A DNA stretch of 64,000 nucleotides from a virus. The notes under the pieces are model-generated. The model ran no database searches, was not told the DNA's origin, and saw only the letters and a program-made list of their open reading frames with translations. The DNA is taken from IMG/VR virus record IMGVR_UViG_3300009514_000017, positions 11,791 to 75,790 of that record, one strand, 5' to 3'. Positions 19,992 through 29,424 of this stretch are shown piece after piece. A program made the translations under genes and the position numbers. Each line of letters opens with the position of its first letter. The first letter of the stretch is position 1.

Positions 19992-22900
19992 ATGCCAAAT
20001 ATGAAGTACTACAGACGTCCTCAGCTTGTACAAGCCAACCGTCCGCTGCTGACCTACGCGACGGTTAGAGGCTCTGTCTTCCGGTCTGACCCTGATGGCT
20101 CTCACACAGAACCATGGTTCAACGTCTCTGCTTCACAGACGTTTATCGTTACAACTCAGGATGGTGCATCAACAACTACTCTGACTGGTGCCCCTGAGTT
20201 CAACACCATCATCACTGAGATCAACGCTCAGATGGCCACGGATGTTGTTAACGCCGTGGCCTTCAATGCAGATGGCTATCTCGCCATCAAGTCCACAGCA
20301 AAGGGTGCCAACGGATATATAACGATAGGTGCAGGCACTGCCAATACTGCCCTCGGTCTTACCAATGGAGACAAGTCATACGGGGCTGAAGTTCCTTACT
20401 CTCCTCCGGGAACAAACGCAGAGGATTGGGGAACCTTCTTCCCTGGACATGGAGAGAACCTAGACTCATCCGTGTTCAACAGAGGGATGTCGGCCATTGC
20501 AGGAAACGTAGACGTCCTGCATTCGGTCATCTCTCGTCAGGCCCCAACTTTAGAAACGGTTATGACTGGGGTAGATAGTGGTGACACTACTGCTATCGGT
20601 GGTGGAACTGGAGATTACGTTCGCTTGGCAGTTGCTCCGGCCGGCACCAGAGTATGGGTTGGTTTTGGAGATCTGACTGCAACTTCTGGGGAGGCCACGC
20701 TGGAGAAGTTCTTCCGGCTCATCGATCTAGATACCAACACGATGTCGCAGTACAGAGTCGTCGCTGTGGTCAGGAACCCAGCGACGACTCTGGGTGATCC
20801 TCCATCCGGTCACGGCGGGAACTACGCCGACGCAACGACCTGGGCCAACGATGGGAACGTTCTCGGTGTTCGTCTAACCAAGTCGTCTGCCGAAACGATC
20901 ACTGGTATCTCTGGTGGTGACACCATCACCTGTTCTGGGGCCACATTCTCTACCAATGGAGTTGTTGCTGGCGATGTAGCAATAATTGCCAACGCAGACA
21001 ATTTGGATGAAGGAGACAACAACGGCGAGCGCTGGATCATCACTAGCGTGGTTTCTGAAACAGTCATCAAGGTCCGCGCCATGTCAAAGGCGGAGTTGGA
21101 CTACTTCTCCGTCACGAGCAACGAAGTACAGCCAGTTCTGGAGCTTACAGCGCAGAAGACGGGCGGGGAAGTTTACGGTGACGTTACTGTAAAGACCGGC
21201 GTCTTCATGGATGGGTTGGAGCTGATTGTCACTCCAGCTATTCCAGTGGGAACCAATCTTGGCCTCCAGATTCCAACTGATTCCCAGACGCTTGAGTCAC
21301 TAGATCTAAACGCTCCACTGCTAGGCACCACGTCACTGACTGAAGCCTACGGTCCAAATGTTACCCCACTACCTGATGGGTTGATCAAGGCGCCAGAAGG
21401 GTCGTTGGCTGGAGACTTGACGTTCACTGCCGGAACCATGAGGTGGAGAGGGAAGGTAGTTACCATCCCGACTGCCACATTTGCACCCGCAGATCTAACA
21501 GCATCTCAGACCAACTATCTGTATGTGGACGGTGATGAGGGGATCATCAAATTCACTACCACAGTCTCTGATCTTTCAGCTTGGACTGACAACGACCCCA
21601 GTAGCTGGACCGCCGCTAGCAAACCGCTGCTCCTTGGTGTTGCAATCGTCGATGGAGCCCCGGCCATCACGTCATACACGAACGGACAGAGAGTCCTCGC
21701 GGAAGACTCGGTCAACGTCACTGTTGGTTACGGTGGACAGTTCGCAACTCTCGAGGATGCTGCTGTCTACATCAACGCCTTGTCCAGTGCTTCGTCTGAG
21801 ACTTCACCGGCGGCAGATGGAAGCTATCCGCATTTCAACGTTGAGATCGTCAGTGACATCTCCATCGGCGCAGACATCACGTTCTCGGCACCTGGACTAA
21901 AGCTGTATGGAAGGAACCCAAATACTGTCGTCGAGTGGGGAAACGACTACGCCATTACCTATACTGGTGGTGGAACTCTGGTCATCGAAGATTTGAATCT
22001 GACGACTGCGTCCGGAGGAGCAGTCGTCGCTAAGATGTTCTACATCGACAGTAATGATTCTCGAGTTGTCGTTGACAATGTCATACAGACTCACGCTGGA
22101 ACCAATTACGTCTCCAACTTCATCAACACTTCTGCAACCGACGGAATTTCAGAGTTCCGAGCGTTGAACAGTACGTTCAACGTTGTTGGTTCAGTGTGTC
22201 GTGGTGATGGAGCAGGTGGGGTTGGAACAGGTCCTGGTAAGGTCTTGTTCTACGGATGTAATGTTACAACCACAGATGCAGGGAACAACCAATTTCGACT
22301 CGTCTGGCCAACTGGTGGAACTTGGGGAACCGCGACGAGTACGTTTACCGTTCGAGATTGCGTGTTGGACATAAGTACGAATGACACTACCGGCTACATG
22401 ATTGTCTCATTGGTTGCCGGTGGTGCAGTCGTAGTTGATGGTTGTGTAATTACTATAGCAGCGACTCTTCCAGAATCTGGAGCAGCCGCAAGAACTACAC
22501 ACCTCATCGACATGAACAACGTTGCAGGCGCATCTCTTGTCTTCACCAACACATCTGTTGGGACCATGCCAAAGGCCATTGAGGCTGGGGCCACAGATCT
22601 AGTAAAGGTTGATAATTGTATATTCTCAGTCAGGGCTCATGGAAACACAGCAGTTGCATTCCTTGAGGATGTAACCCAGGTCTCGAATTGCTTCTTTGAG
22701 ATTGTAAACTCAGGAGACGTAGGCAGAGTTGCACCAACCACTGCAATCAAGCTGGATACAGGCGGCAACGCGAGCGGTAACTTCATCTCAGGCACAGGCA
22801 ATGGGATAGAGATGGGTGCTCGCAGTTCTGCGGATTCCAACTTCATTGAAATCAGTGCTGGTGCCAACTCTCTTCCGACGTCTGCCATCTTGATGAACAG

Positions 22901-24518
22901 TTCGTCCATGGTGACTGGGAACTGGATTCAGAACACTCTTGGCAGCCCAAACAACGGGGTCATCGAGTGTTTGACTCAGACCGGTGGAACTATCGCGAAC
23001 AACATCATCGATAACACTGGTGGCTCAGCTACGTCGTCTGCCATCTACTTGTCAGCTTCCAGCCGTATTAATGTGACTGGCAACTACATTGTATGTCCCG
23101 GAACTACATGGACTGGTATAGAGCTCATCAACGGAGATGAGATCACAATCACAGGTAACACGATCTACTCCACGAGTGAGTGTATCCTCGTAGATGTCTC
23201 GTCTGCCAATGTGACTATCTCTGATAATAGACTAGATTCATCGGTTCTTTACGGTGTCAACCTGGACCAGTGTACTAAGGTAGCCGTTTCCAACAATGTT
23301 GTCACCGCAGCTGGACATGGCCTCTATCTCAATGTTGCCCTTGATGTATCACTGACTGGAAACAATGTTGTTGTTGGCGCTGGTGACAGTGCTGTGTACC
23401 TCAATGGTGCCTGTATCGATGTTATCGTAAACGATAACTACCTAGAGGGAACTGACACCGCAGGTGTTGAAGTTAGTGCTACGTCTCAGAACATCATCGT
23501 CTCAAACAACAGGATAGACACAGCAGGTGGTGATGGCATCAACTGCGCTGGTGACGATTACGTTCTGAATGGAAATCGAATCGTTACGACTACTGGACAC
23601 GGTGTTGATATCTCTGGTGATAGAGGTACCGTTGTTGGAAACAAAATCACAACGACGACAGGCACTGGGGTGCAGGTTGGCGGAACCAATGTAGGTGCAA
23701 CCATCGGTAATAATCACATCGTCACGTCTTCTGGTCAGGCTATTCAGTACGATGGTGATGATGGTTCCATTGCGAACAACAACATCACCAACTCGTCAAA
23801 CGTCACTGGCGGGGTGATTGAGCTTAGTGGTGCCAACCATGTAGCTATCACTGGTAACGTTCTAAGCTTGTCAACTAACAGCTACGGAATATTTCTGACG
23901 GGGACTACTTCCTATGTCAACATCTCTGGAAACAAAATTGAGAACGTGACGGTAGGAGGTGATGGAATCGTGCTTGGTACAGGAGCTGGATGCACTGACA
24001 TTACTGTATCTAACAACACAGTAATTGTCGCAGAGGCAAAGGCTTTTATTCTGACATCGGCTCATAGAATAAACGTCTCAGGCAATTTCTTTGAGAACAC
24101 TGGAGATGGTGGAACGAACAAGCACGTTGTTCATATTGAAGGTACTAGTGGAACCAAGCCGCAGGATTTCTTGTTTACAGGGAATACTGTAAAGCTTGGT
24201 GATTCAACTAATGATGATGACAATCTTCCGATGGAGATTCTCTACGCTTTGAATGCGATAGTTGCCAACAATATGCTCATTCGAGACTCTGGGAATGGGG
24301 CTGGACGTATATTTATCCGAGTTGGAGCCACCGGTGGTGATGCGGCGGACTCAGCGCATGGAGTTCTTGTTTCACACAATCTCTTCTCGGGTGGTACAGG
24401 TGGTGTGGTAGATAACGTTAACTCTGTTGGGACTGGTAGGACTAGAACACATCGTCCAGTCACTCCTGTTGAAGAAGGAGGGGCAGGGACCTTCAGTACC
24501 GGCCAAGCGTTCGAGTAG
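19992..24518 (+). CDS. Tail fibre/tailspike with long right-handed parallel beta-helix (pectin-lyase-like; possible depolymerase)
   Basis: GGQFATLEDAA entry motif followed by many I[TS]GN/V[TS]NN/GIEL repeats. 1508 aa; last gene of the structural operon. Confidence 0.8.
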   Translation: MPNMKYYRRPQLVQANRPLLTYATVRGSVFRSDPDGSHTEPWFNVSASQTFIVTTQDGASTTTLTGAPEFNTIITEINAQMATDVVNAVAFNADGYLAIKSTAKGANGYITIGAGTANTALGLTNGDKSYGAEVPYSPPGTNAEDWGTFFPGHGENLDSSVFNRGMSAIAGNVDVLHSVISRQAPTLETVMTGVDSGDTTAIGGGTGDYVRLAVAPAGTRVWVGFGDLTATSGEATLEKFFRLIDLDTNTMSQYRVVAVVRNPATTLGDPPSGHGGNYADATTWANDGNVLGVRLTKSSAETITGISGGDTITCSGATFSTNGVVAGDVAIIANADNLDEGDNNGERWIITSVVSETVIKVRAMSKAELDYFSVTSNEVQPVLELTAQKTGGEVYGDVTVKTGVFMDGLELIVTPAIPVGTNLGLQIPTDSQTLESLDLNAPLLGTTSLTEAYGPNVTPLPDGLIKAPEGSLAGDLTFTAGTMRWRGKVVTIPTATFAPADLTASQTNYLYVDGDEGIIKFTTTVSDLSAWTDNDPSSWTAASKPLLLGVAIVDGAPAITSYTNGQRVLAEDSVNVTVGYGGQFATLEDAAVYINALSSASSETSPAADGSYPHFNVEIVSDISIGADITFSAPGLKLYGRNPNTVVEWGNDYAITYTGGGTLVIEDLNLTTASGGAVVAKMFYIDSNDSRVVVDNVIQTHAGTNYVSNFINTSATDGISEFRALNSTFNVVGSVCRGDGAGGVGTGPGKVLFYGCNVTTTDAGNNQFRLVWPTGGTWGTATSTFTVRDCVLDISTNDTTGYMIVSLVAGGAVVVDGCVITIAATLPESGAAARTTHLIDMNNVAGASLVFTNTSVGTMPKAIEAGATDLVKVDNCIFSVRAHGNTAVAFLEDVTQVSNCFFEIVNSGDVGRVAPTTAIKLDTGGNASGNFISGTGNGIEMGARSSADSNFIEISAGANSLPTSAILMNSSSMVTGNWIQNTLGSPNNGVIECLTQTGGTIANNIIDNTGGSATSSAIYLSASSRINVTGNYIVCPGTTWTGIELINGDEITITGNTIYSTSECILVDVSSANVTISDNRLDSSVLYGVNLDQCTKVAVSNNVVTAAGHGLYLNVALDVSLTGNNVVVGAGDSAVYLNGACIDVIVNDNYLEGTDTAGVEVSATSQNIIVSNNRIDTAGGDGINCAGDDYVLNGNRIVTTTGHGVDISGDRGTVVGNKITTTTGTGVQVGGTNVGATIGNNHIVTSSGQAIQYDGDDGSIANNNITNSSNVTGGVIELSGANHVAITGNVLSLSTNSYGIFLTGTTSYVNISGNKIENVTVGGDGIVLGTGAGCTDITVSNNTVIVAEAKAFILTSAHRINVSGNFFENTGDGGTNKHVVHIEGTSGTKPQDFLFTGNTVKLGDSTNDDDNLPMEILYALNAIVANNMLIRDSGNGAGRIFIRVGATGGDAADSAHGVLVSHNLFSGGTGGVVDNVNSVGTGRTRTHRPVTPVEEGGAGTFSTGQAFE

Positions 24519-24530
24519 TATAGAACAGAG

Positions 24531-24572
24531 CTAAAAGAGAAAGGGCCCGGTGAAGTTCACCGGGCCCTTCTC
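24531..24572. terminator. Probable bidirectional intrinsic terminator between convergent operons
   Basis: Perfect 14-bp inverted repeat AAGGGCCCGGTGAA-G-TTCACCGGGCCCTT (24541-24569). TCTCTTTT tail on the minus strand. Confidence 0.75.
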
Positions 24573-24779
24573 CTATCCCAACAGCACCCCATCTGGGATG
24601 ACGACTGCCGAAGCTATGATCTTCTGCAAGATCTTGGTTCGTTTCTCACCTGGAGGAAATCTCAGTCCAAGATGTTGATCTGCGAACCACCTGAGTTGTT
24701 CATCGCTCCACGAAACAAGATCTTCGCTGCTTACAGCTATAGTTTCACTCGGCAGCACAGTGTTTGGGCGACGAACCAC
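24573..24779 (-). CDS. Small protein with HeH/Rho-N-like helical motif (start uncertain)
   Basis: SDEQLRWFADQHLGLRFPPGEKRTKILQKI. Weak GTG start; frame open upstream to 24845. Confidence 0.45.
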   Translation of the reverse strand: MVRRPNTVLPSETIAVSSEDLVSWSDEQLRWFADQHLGLRFPPGEKRTKILQKIIASAVVIPDGVLLG

Positions 24780-24802
24780 AGCAGCTTCTTCGGCTCTCGC
24801 CC

Positions 24803-25804
24803 CTACGAAGGGTTGGGCGCAAACACCTTCAGGTAGCCCATGAACTCAGGCAGGGTGTTCTGCTTTCCAGCCTTGTTTAGGGACTCGACCATAGCCTGGC
24901 CAACTCCCGGCGCAGCGCCGTAGATGTGATGCATGGCGACGCAGAGGAGGAGTACATTCTGGCCGACCTCGTCGATGTTGTCCTTGACTTCGTCGACCTT
25001 CTTGTTCAGGTCCGAGTAGCCCTTCTTGAGGGCTGCAATCTGCTTCTTTAGATCTTCGAGCTCACCTCCAGACTGAGCAGGGGCTGGCTGTACCTGCTGT
25101 GGGGCAGGAGGGCTGAACTGAGGCGCTGGAGGGAAACCAGGAGCTGTGGGCGGTGGCTGGAAGCCTGGGGCGACCGGTGGCCCACCATTGGGTGGAGGAG
25201 GAGCATACTGCTGTGGCGCAGGAGGCGGCGGTGGAGCGGATGCAGTACCACTGGCAGCTCCCTTTGATCCTTTCGATCCCTTCCTCGGCCCACGCTTCGT
25301 TGGGGTTGTCTGGGGCGGTGCCTGCGGAGGCGGTGCATACCCACCTGTGGGAGGACCTGGAGGTGGCGCGAACCCGGGAGGGGGAGCGAATCCAGGAGGC
25401 CCAGGAGGCGGCGGTGGAGGCTGAAATGCCTGTGCCTGCTGTGGTGGCGCTGGTGGAGTCGGGTAGGCTCCAGGAGGCGGAGGAGGTGCGGGAGGATGTG
25501 CCATTGACTGCGCTCCTTGCGGTGTTGGAATCACCTGTGAAATGCTGCCTGAAAACTGTGGTATTTCTGGATTGTTAGGGTCATCTGGTGCCAACTGATT
25601 GCCTTCTACATCTTGACCCACTTTGATTTCATGGTTCAGCACCATTTGTCGTATCTGGTGCTTGGGGGTTTCAAACCCCTTCTGAAAATCGACCAGCTCA
25701 TACACGAGCTGGGCCAGATTCCTGACACGCAAAAACGTGTCGGCCTGTAGCTCGTTGAATCTTTGGCTCCAGAGTTTTACTGGGGCCGCCGGTCCTGCCG
25801 TCAT
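24803..25804 (-). CDS. Proline-rich low-complexity protein with C-terminal coiled coil
   Basis: About 150 aa of P/A/G/Q/F/Y repeats (GFAPPP), then LEDLKKQIAALKKGYSDLNKKVDEVK heptads. Confidence 0.7.
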   Translation of the reverse strand: MTAGPAAPVKLWSQRFNELQADTFLRVRNLAQLVYELVDFQKGFETPKHQIRQMVLNHEIKVGQDVEGNQLAPDDPNNPEIPQFSGSISQVIPTPQGAQSMAHPPAPPPPPGAYPTPPAPPQQAQAFQPPPPPPGPPGFAPPPGFAPPPGPPTGGYAPPPQAPPQTTPTKRGPRKGSKGSKGAASGTASAPPPPPAPQQYAPPPPNGGPPVAPGFQPPPTAPGFPPAPQFSPPAPQQVQPAPAQSGGELEDLKKQIAALKKGYSDLNKKVDEVKDNIDEVGQNVLLLCVAMHHIYGAAPGVGQAMVESLNKAGKQNTLPEFMGYLKVFAPNPS

Positions 25805-26037
25805 TCCTTGCTTTCTCCTTTCTTACCACTATCCAGGATGGCTTGGACTCCCATGCTTCCAATGAGATCGATGACTGCCATCCTGGCTATAAAAGACGAC
25901 TCCGTGGTGGGGCTAAATAGGGGACAAGTTCCTCCCTCGTTTACCATCTCGATGGTGACGTGTGTGCAAGTTTCTAGTCTGTCACACGAGATACAGTCCC
26001 CTGCCCTCAAAGTTCCATCATGTTCGGTGCGAAACAT
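25801..26037 (-). CDS. Small Cys-rich hypothetical protein
   Basis: CISC..C..CPLF. Start inferred at ATG 26037. ATGA overlap with the next gene. Confidence 0.5.
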   Translation of the reverse strand: MFRTEHDGTLRAGDCISCDRLETCTHVTIEMVNEGGTCPLFSPTTESSFIARMAVIDLIGSMGVQAILDSGKKGESKE

Positions 26038-26351
26038 GACCCGTGCTTCCCTTCGGTGCAGTCGAAGGTTGTGCACTTACCGTTGCATCCCGGAAGTTGT
26101 GGTCGGATGCGCTGGATGTGTACGTCGATAAACCCTTCTAGTCTAGTTCGCGTGAACGTAGTTCCAGAGAGCTCAACTGGGTGGGGTTCCCTTTCTCCCA
26201 TCACCAAAGACACCAAGACTCCCTTTGGCAAGTGTCTCTTCAACCTACAGCCGTTCTGTAAGAAGGCGAGTCTAAGTAGCTCTGTTGGATTGCATCGTTC
26301 CAGAACTTCTCTCATCTCTACTTCTGAGCTTGGCTCCATCTCCTGAACCAC
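26007..26351 (-). CDS. Hypothetical Cys-rich protein
   Basis: CNPTELLRLA helical start; C-terminal CNGKC..C..H..C. Confidence 0.5.
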   Translation of the reverse strand: MVQEMEPSSEVEMREVLERCNPTELLRLAFLQNGCRLKRHLPKGVLVSLVMGEREPHPVELSGTTFTRTRLEGFIDVHIQRIRPQLPGCNGKCTTFDCTEGKHGSCFAPNMMEL

Positions 26352-26773
26352 CCATCCTTTGCCTTGTCGATTCCTAGTTCTAGCAGGTCCTCCTGTTTCG
26401 GGCAGGATGGACAGAAATCATACGGTTTCTCTTCACAGATCTCGAGAGTAACCTCAGTGTAGTGCTCCGGCTGTTTTTCGTTGATCCTGTCTGCTAATCC
26501 AGTCCATACCGGACACATGACCTTCTGTAGTCTACGGGTAGGGTCGGACACCAAGATCAGGGTGAAGACCCGGTGCGGGCAGTATGTACATGCTTCGTAA
26601 GGTCTGACGGCACATACTGCCCTGTCCTGATGCTGAATGACTTCCGGGTCTTCAACTACTGGTCGGCAGATTACTGTCCTGCCGTTGCCCAATACTCCTG
26701 TTTCATTCTCTCTTAGTCTCCTATCCTCATCCCTCTCCGGTGTTAGAGTCTCCGGGTTGAGGTGCATCCTCAC
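26318..26773 (-). CDS. Hypothetical Cys-rich (metal-binding) protein with duplicated C..PY..C..CP motif
   Basis: CAVRPYEACTYCPH and CEEKPYDFCPSCP. Confidence 0.55.
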   Translation of the reverse strand: MRMHLNPETLTPERDEDRRLRENETGVLGNGRTVICRPVVEDPEVIQHQDRAVCAVRPYEACTYCPHRVFTLILVSDPTRRLQKVMCPVWTGLADRINEKQPEHYTEVTLEICEEKPYDFCPSCPKQEDLLELGIDKAKDGWFRRWSQAQK

Positions 26774-27197
26774 CTCCGAGGTAACGTTCAGGATCTATTG
26801 CCTCAAGGAATACCTCTACCCTTTGGTTGCTAGGATCCTCGAACTTGTCCTGCCCGGCCGCGAAGATCTGACTATCATCTATGCCGATGGCGGTCTTGAT
26901 GCTGTCGACGATGATCTTGACGCGGTTGTCCAGGTCGATCTTCTTATACCGGGATTTGGGACGTTTTCGTGGATCTGGATGGTTCCAGTTCTTGTTCTGT
27001 AGCGCTTTGAAGTAGAACCTGAGGTAAACCCAGTAAGCACTGTTTGGGTCTAGCTTGTTGATCTCAGGTCCATGTTCTCGAATGACCGTTGAGACAAACT
27101 GGTTCAGATATATTCTTGCAGCCTGAGTCTTGATGGTTCCGCGAATGTACAGCTTGTTTGAGGTGGGTGGGATCTCGGGGTATACGATGTGTATCAA
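26727..27197 (-). CDS. rusA: RusA-like Holliday junction resolvase
   Basis: PPTSNKLY..DLDNRVKIIVDSI..IDDSQI contains the RusA DxDN..K...D and DD catalytic motifs. Confidence 0.8.
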   Translation of the reverse strand: MIHIVYPEIPPTSNKLYIRGTIKTQAARIYLNQFVSTVIREHGPEINKLDPNSAYWVYLRFYFKALQNKNWNHPDPRKRPKSRYKKIDLDNRVKIIVDSIKTAIGIDDSQIFAAGQDKFEDPSNQRVEVFLEAIDPERYLGGEDAPQPGDSNTGEG

Positions 27198-27201
27198 ACC
27201 T

Positions 27202-27441
27202 TCACCTTTCGTCCTCCTCCTGCATTCTGTCTACCATCTTTCTTAGGTCGTCAGCGGATGGCTGCCCGTTGTGCAACGCCTGGTGTGGAGTCTTGGAGTG
27301 CTTCCCTGCTTTGTGTACCAGCACGAAAGCAAGCTCTCCACCCTTGGCAAGCCTGACCACAGCTTTGGTCTTTCCCTCACGCACTACCTGTGGGCTGAAC
27401 TCCTCGAACTTGCTTCCGTAGTACCGCTCCAGCCATCCCAT
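27202..27441 (-). CDS. Hypothetical protein
   Basis: 79-aa ORF with GGAG upstream, in operon orientation. Confidence 0.5.
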   Translation of the reverse strand: MGWLERYYGSKFEEFSPQVVREGKTKAVVRLAKGGELAFVLVHKAGKHSKTPHQALHNGQPSADDLRKMVDRMQEEDER

Positions 27442-27479
27442 GACTCCATCCTTTTCTTAGGACACCCCTCGAGAGTCCA

Positions 27480-28082
27480 TCATCTGGAGGTTGGTGCCCA
27501 CCTCTGACCGGGGAACGACGGTGCTCTAGCAGACCCTGTCCTTTTCTGCCTGTCCACGTCCTGCCCTCTCTGCGTGATTCTACGAGAAACCGTTTCCCAG
27601 TTTCTCTTGGCGCGGTTCCTGGCGGCAGCAACGTAGTTGTGGATGCCCTTTTTGACTAGGACATCTTGCTGAGCAGCCAATAGCCTTACATCCGTTACCA
27701 CGTAATCTTGCGCAGCAGGGATGGTCAACTTTTTCTTGGCTGTAGCTGCGGAGTTTCGAAGAGACACTCTAAGTCTGGCCTGGACGAACTCGTAGTTTGC
27801 TTCTGCGGTTCGCAGGTTATTTTCGGCGATGACCAACTCATACTCGAGCCACCCAAGCCAACGGTTGATGCATTCAAGCAGGTCCCCAAGCTGGTCGTCG
27901 GTGAGGAGGTTGGTGTCTCTTGGGTCTTCACCACTGTAATCAGTTGGTCTTGTTGCCGATGGAAGACCTCGCTCAGTGATGAGCTGGAATACGTTGTCGT
28001 GGACGCCTTGGAAAGCAGAAGTTCCGGACGCCAAGTCGTTGACATGCTCATCTAGATCTTTCGTCAGATCGAACTTGTTCAC
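27480..28082 (-). CDS. Coiled-coil protein, possibly a UvsY-like recombination mediator
   Basis: Long helices (KKLTIPAAQDYVVTD..VSRRIT). Located in the recombination cluster. Function inferred. Confidence 0.45.
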   Translation of the reverse strand: MNKFDLTKDLDEHVNDLASGTSAFQGVHDNVFQLITERGLPSATRPTDYSGEDPRDTNLLTDDQLGDLLECINRWLGWLEYELVIAENNLRTAEANYEFVQARLRVSLRNSAATAKKKLTIPAAQDYVVTDVRLLAAQQDVLVKKGIHNYVAAARNRAKRNWETVSRRITQRGQDVDRQKRTGSARAPSFPGQRWAPTSR

Positions 28083-28084
28083 TT

Positions 28085-28975
28085 CTACCTCCGCGCTTTC
28101 TGCTTACGCGAGATATAGTCGTTGTAGCCGTGGCAGTTGAAGCTGTATCCGCAGCTCTGGCAGTTGAAGCCTGGAGTAGGTGGTGGTGGGTCATCATTGT
28201 CGTATCTCCTGACCAGGTCTTGAAGCTTTATTTTCACAGCCTCCCAGAGAGGTAGCTCGAATGGGATTGTGAAATCCTTCAGCATCGACGTGTCTTTGTT
28301 CATGTATAGGAACCAAGTTATAGGTCTCTGCGTCACGGCTCCATAGACACATGCTTGCTGTTTGTGCTCCGGCTTCGGCTTGTTTAGCTGCCCAAACCCG
28401 TGGGAGTTGATCGTCTTGTACTCATGCACGACGCCAACCTCAAAGATTGGCGAGTTCGGTATGTTCTCTACCACGGCGATGTTGTCTGCATCTGCATGAC
28501 CTTCGATGTAGAAATCACTGGCAAGGTCATGTGTGTCGCCGTTAATCGAGATTTCTGGAACGTAGTAGTCTCCCCATGCACCCATCATTCCGTATGTCTG
28601 AAACAGCCCATGTAGCTCGTGGCCAAGATCGAAGATGAGCCTCAACCTGTAGTCTATACTCTCGTGGGCATCCGCTCCAATCATGGTCCAGTAGATCTTG
28701 AGCATGCATGGGTCTGCGATTCCGGATGGGTGAATCCCCGGATAGCGAGGCTCGTGTAGTACCCAGCCTCGCTTGTCACAGCTATGACATGGAACCCATT
28801 CAGGCTCTTCCTTGGCCTGCTTCTTTCGTTTCGTTAGATCAGTTAGGAATGTCTCAAGCTTCTCCTTCAAGCCGAGATTCTTTGCGATGATGAACCTTGC
28901 GTTCTGATTCATCTCCTCCCACTGCTCTATGGTGTGCAGTTTTATGATCTCCCGTTTCGGGACGATGATGTTCAT
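28085..28975 (-). CDS. Cas4-like / PD-(D/E)XK exonuclease with Fe-S-type cysteines
   Basis: HPSGIADPC..LGHELH..E..GHAD..EYKT..QACVY..CQSCGYSFNC. Start at ATG 28975 (ATGA overlap). Confidence 0.8.
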   Translation of the reverse strand: MNIIVPKREIIKLHTIEQWEEMNQNARFIIAKNLGLKEKLETFLTDLTKRKKQAKEEPEWVPCHSCDKRGWVLHEPRYPGIHPSGIADPCMLKIYWTMIGADAHESIDYRLRLIFDLGHELHGLFQTYGMMGAWGDYYVPEISINGDTHDLASDFYIEGHADADNIAVVENIPNSPIFEVGVVHEYKTINSHGFGQLNKPKPEHKQQACVYGAVTQRPITWFLYMNKDTSMLKDFTIPFELPLWEAVKIKLQDLVRRYDNDDPPPPTPGFNCQSCGYSFNCHGYNDYISRKQKARR

Positions 28976-29424
28976 CCCGTGTACTCCTTGAGAGCTACAT
29001 CGAAAACCCACCACGGAACTACCACTAGATTGAAGTCCTCCCATTTCAGGAAGTGGCTCCCTCCATGAATCTTGAACGACTTGGACGTGATGATTTCTGG
29101 AGTCATCTCTAATAGATTTGCGTAATCTTTCAGCCAGTTGTAGTCGCAAACCACCAACCGATCATCTCCATCCAACAGGTCTATCTGGAAGAACCAAACA
29201 TCGACTCCACTCTCCATGGCCTCCTTCCTGATCTTGCGTATGTCGGCCAGCTTGAGAGAGTAGAAGTTCTTGGACGTGGTCTTTGCTTCGCCTTTGACGA
29301 CTCCACGAACCTGCACATCACTCTTGGCGCTGAACTTGGAGCCAGAGCCGGGCATGACCCGGCCCCCAATACTCCTAGCCAACCTTCGCTCCTGTTCTTG
29401 GCTCTTCTTGTGGACCCTACTCAT
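28972..29424 (-). CDS. Hjc-like Holliday junction resolvase (PD-(D/E)XK)
   Basis: QERRLARSIGGRVMPGSG..SDV..EAKTT. Confidence 0.7.
   Translation of the reverse strand: MSRVHKKSQEQERRLARSIGGRVMPGSGSKFSAKSDVQVRGVVKGEAKTTSKNFYSLKLADIRKIRKEAMESGVDVWFFQIDLLDGDDRLVVCDYNWLKDYANLLEMTPEIITSKSFKIHGGSHFLKWEDFNLVVVPWWVFDVALKEYTG

Noticed and set aside
25146-25578. Gly-rich + strand ORFs
   Set aside because: These are antisense shadows of the Pro-rich minus-strand gene (CCN codons read as GGN-rich).
26941-26953. GGTATAAG on the minus strand, similar to the AGGGYATAAG motif
   Set aside because: It lies inside the rusA coding sequence (R-Y-K codons) and lacks the AGG prefix, so it is probably coincidental.
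28976-29149. 58-aa N-terminal extension of the Cas4-like ORF
   Set aside because: It overlaps the Hjc-like gene; an ATGA-coupled start at 28975 is more plausible.
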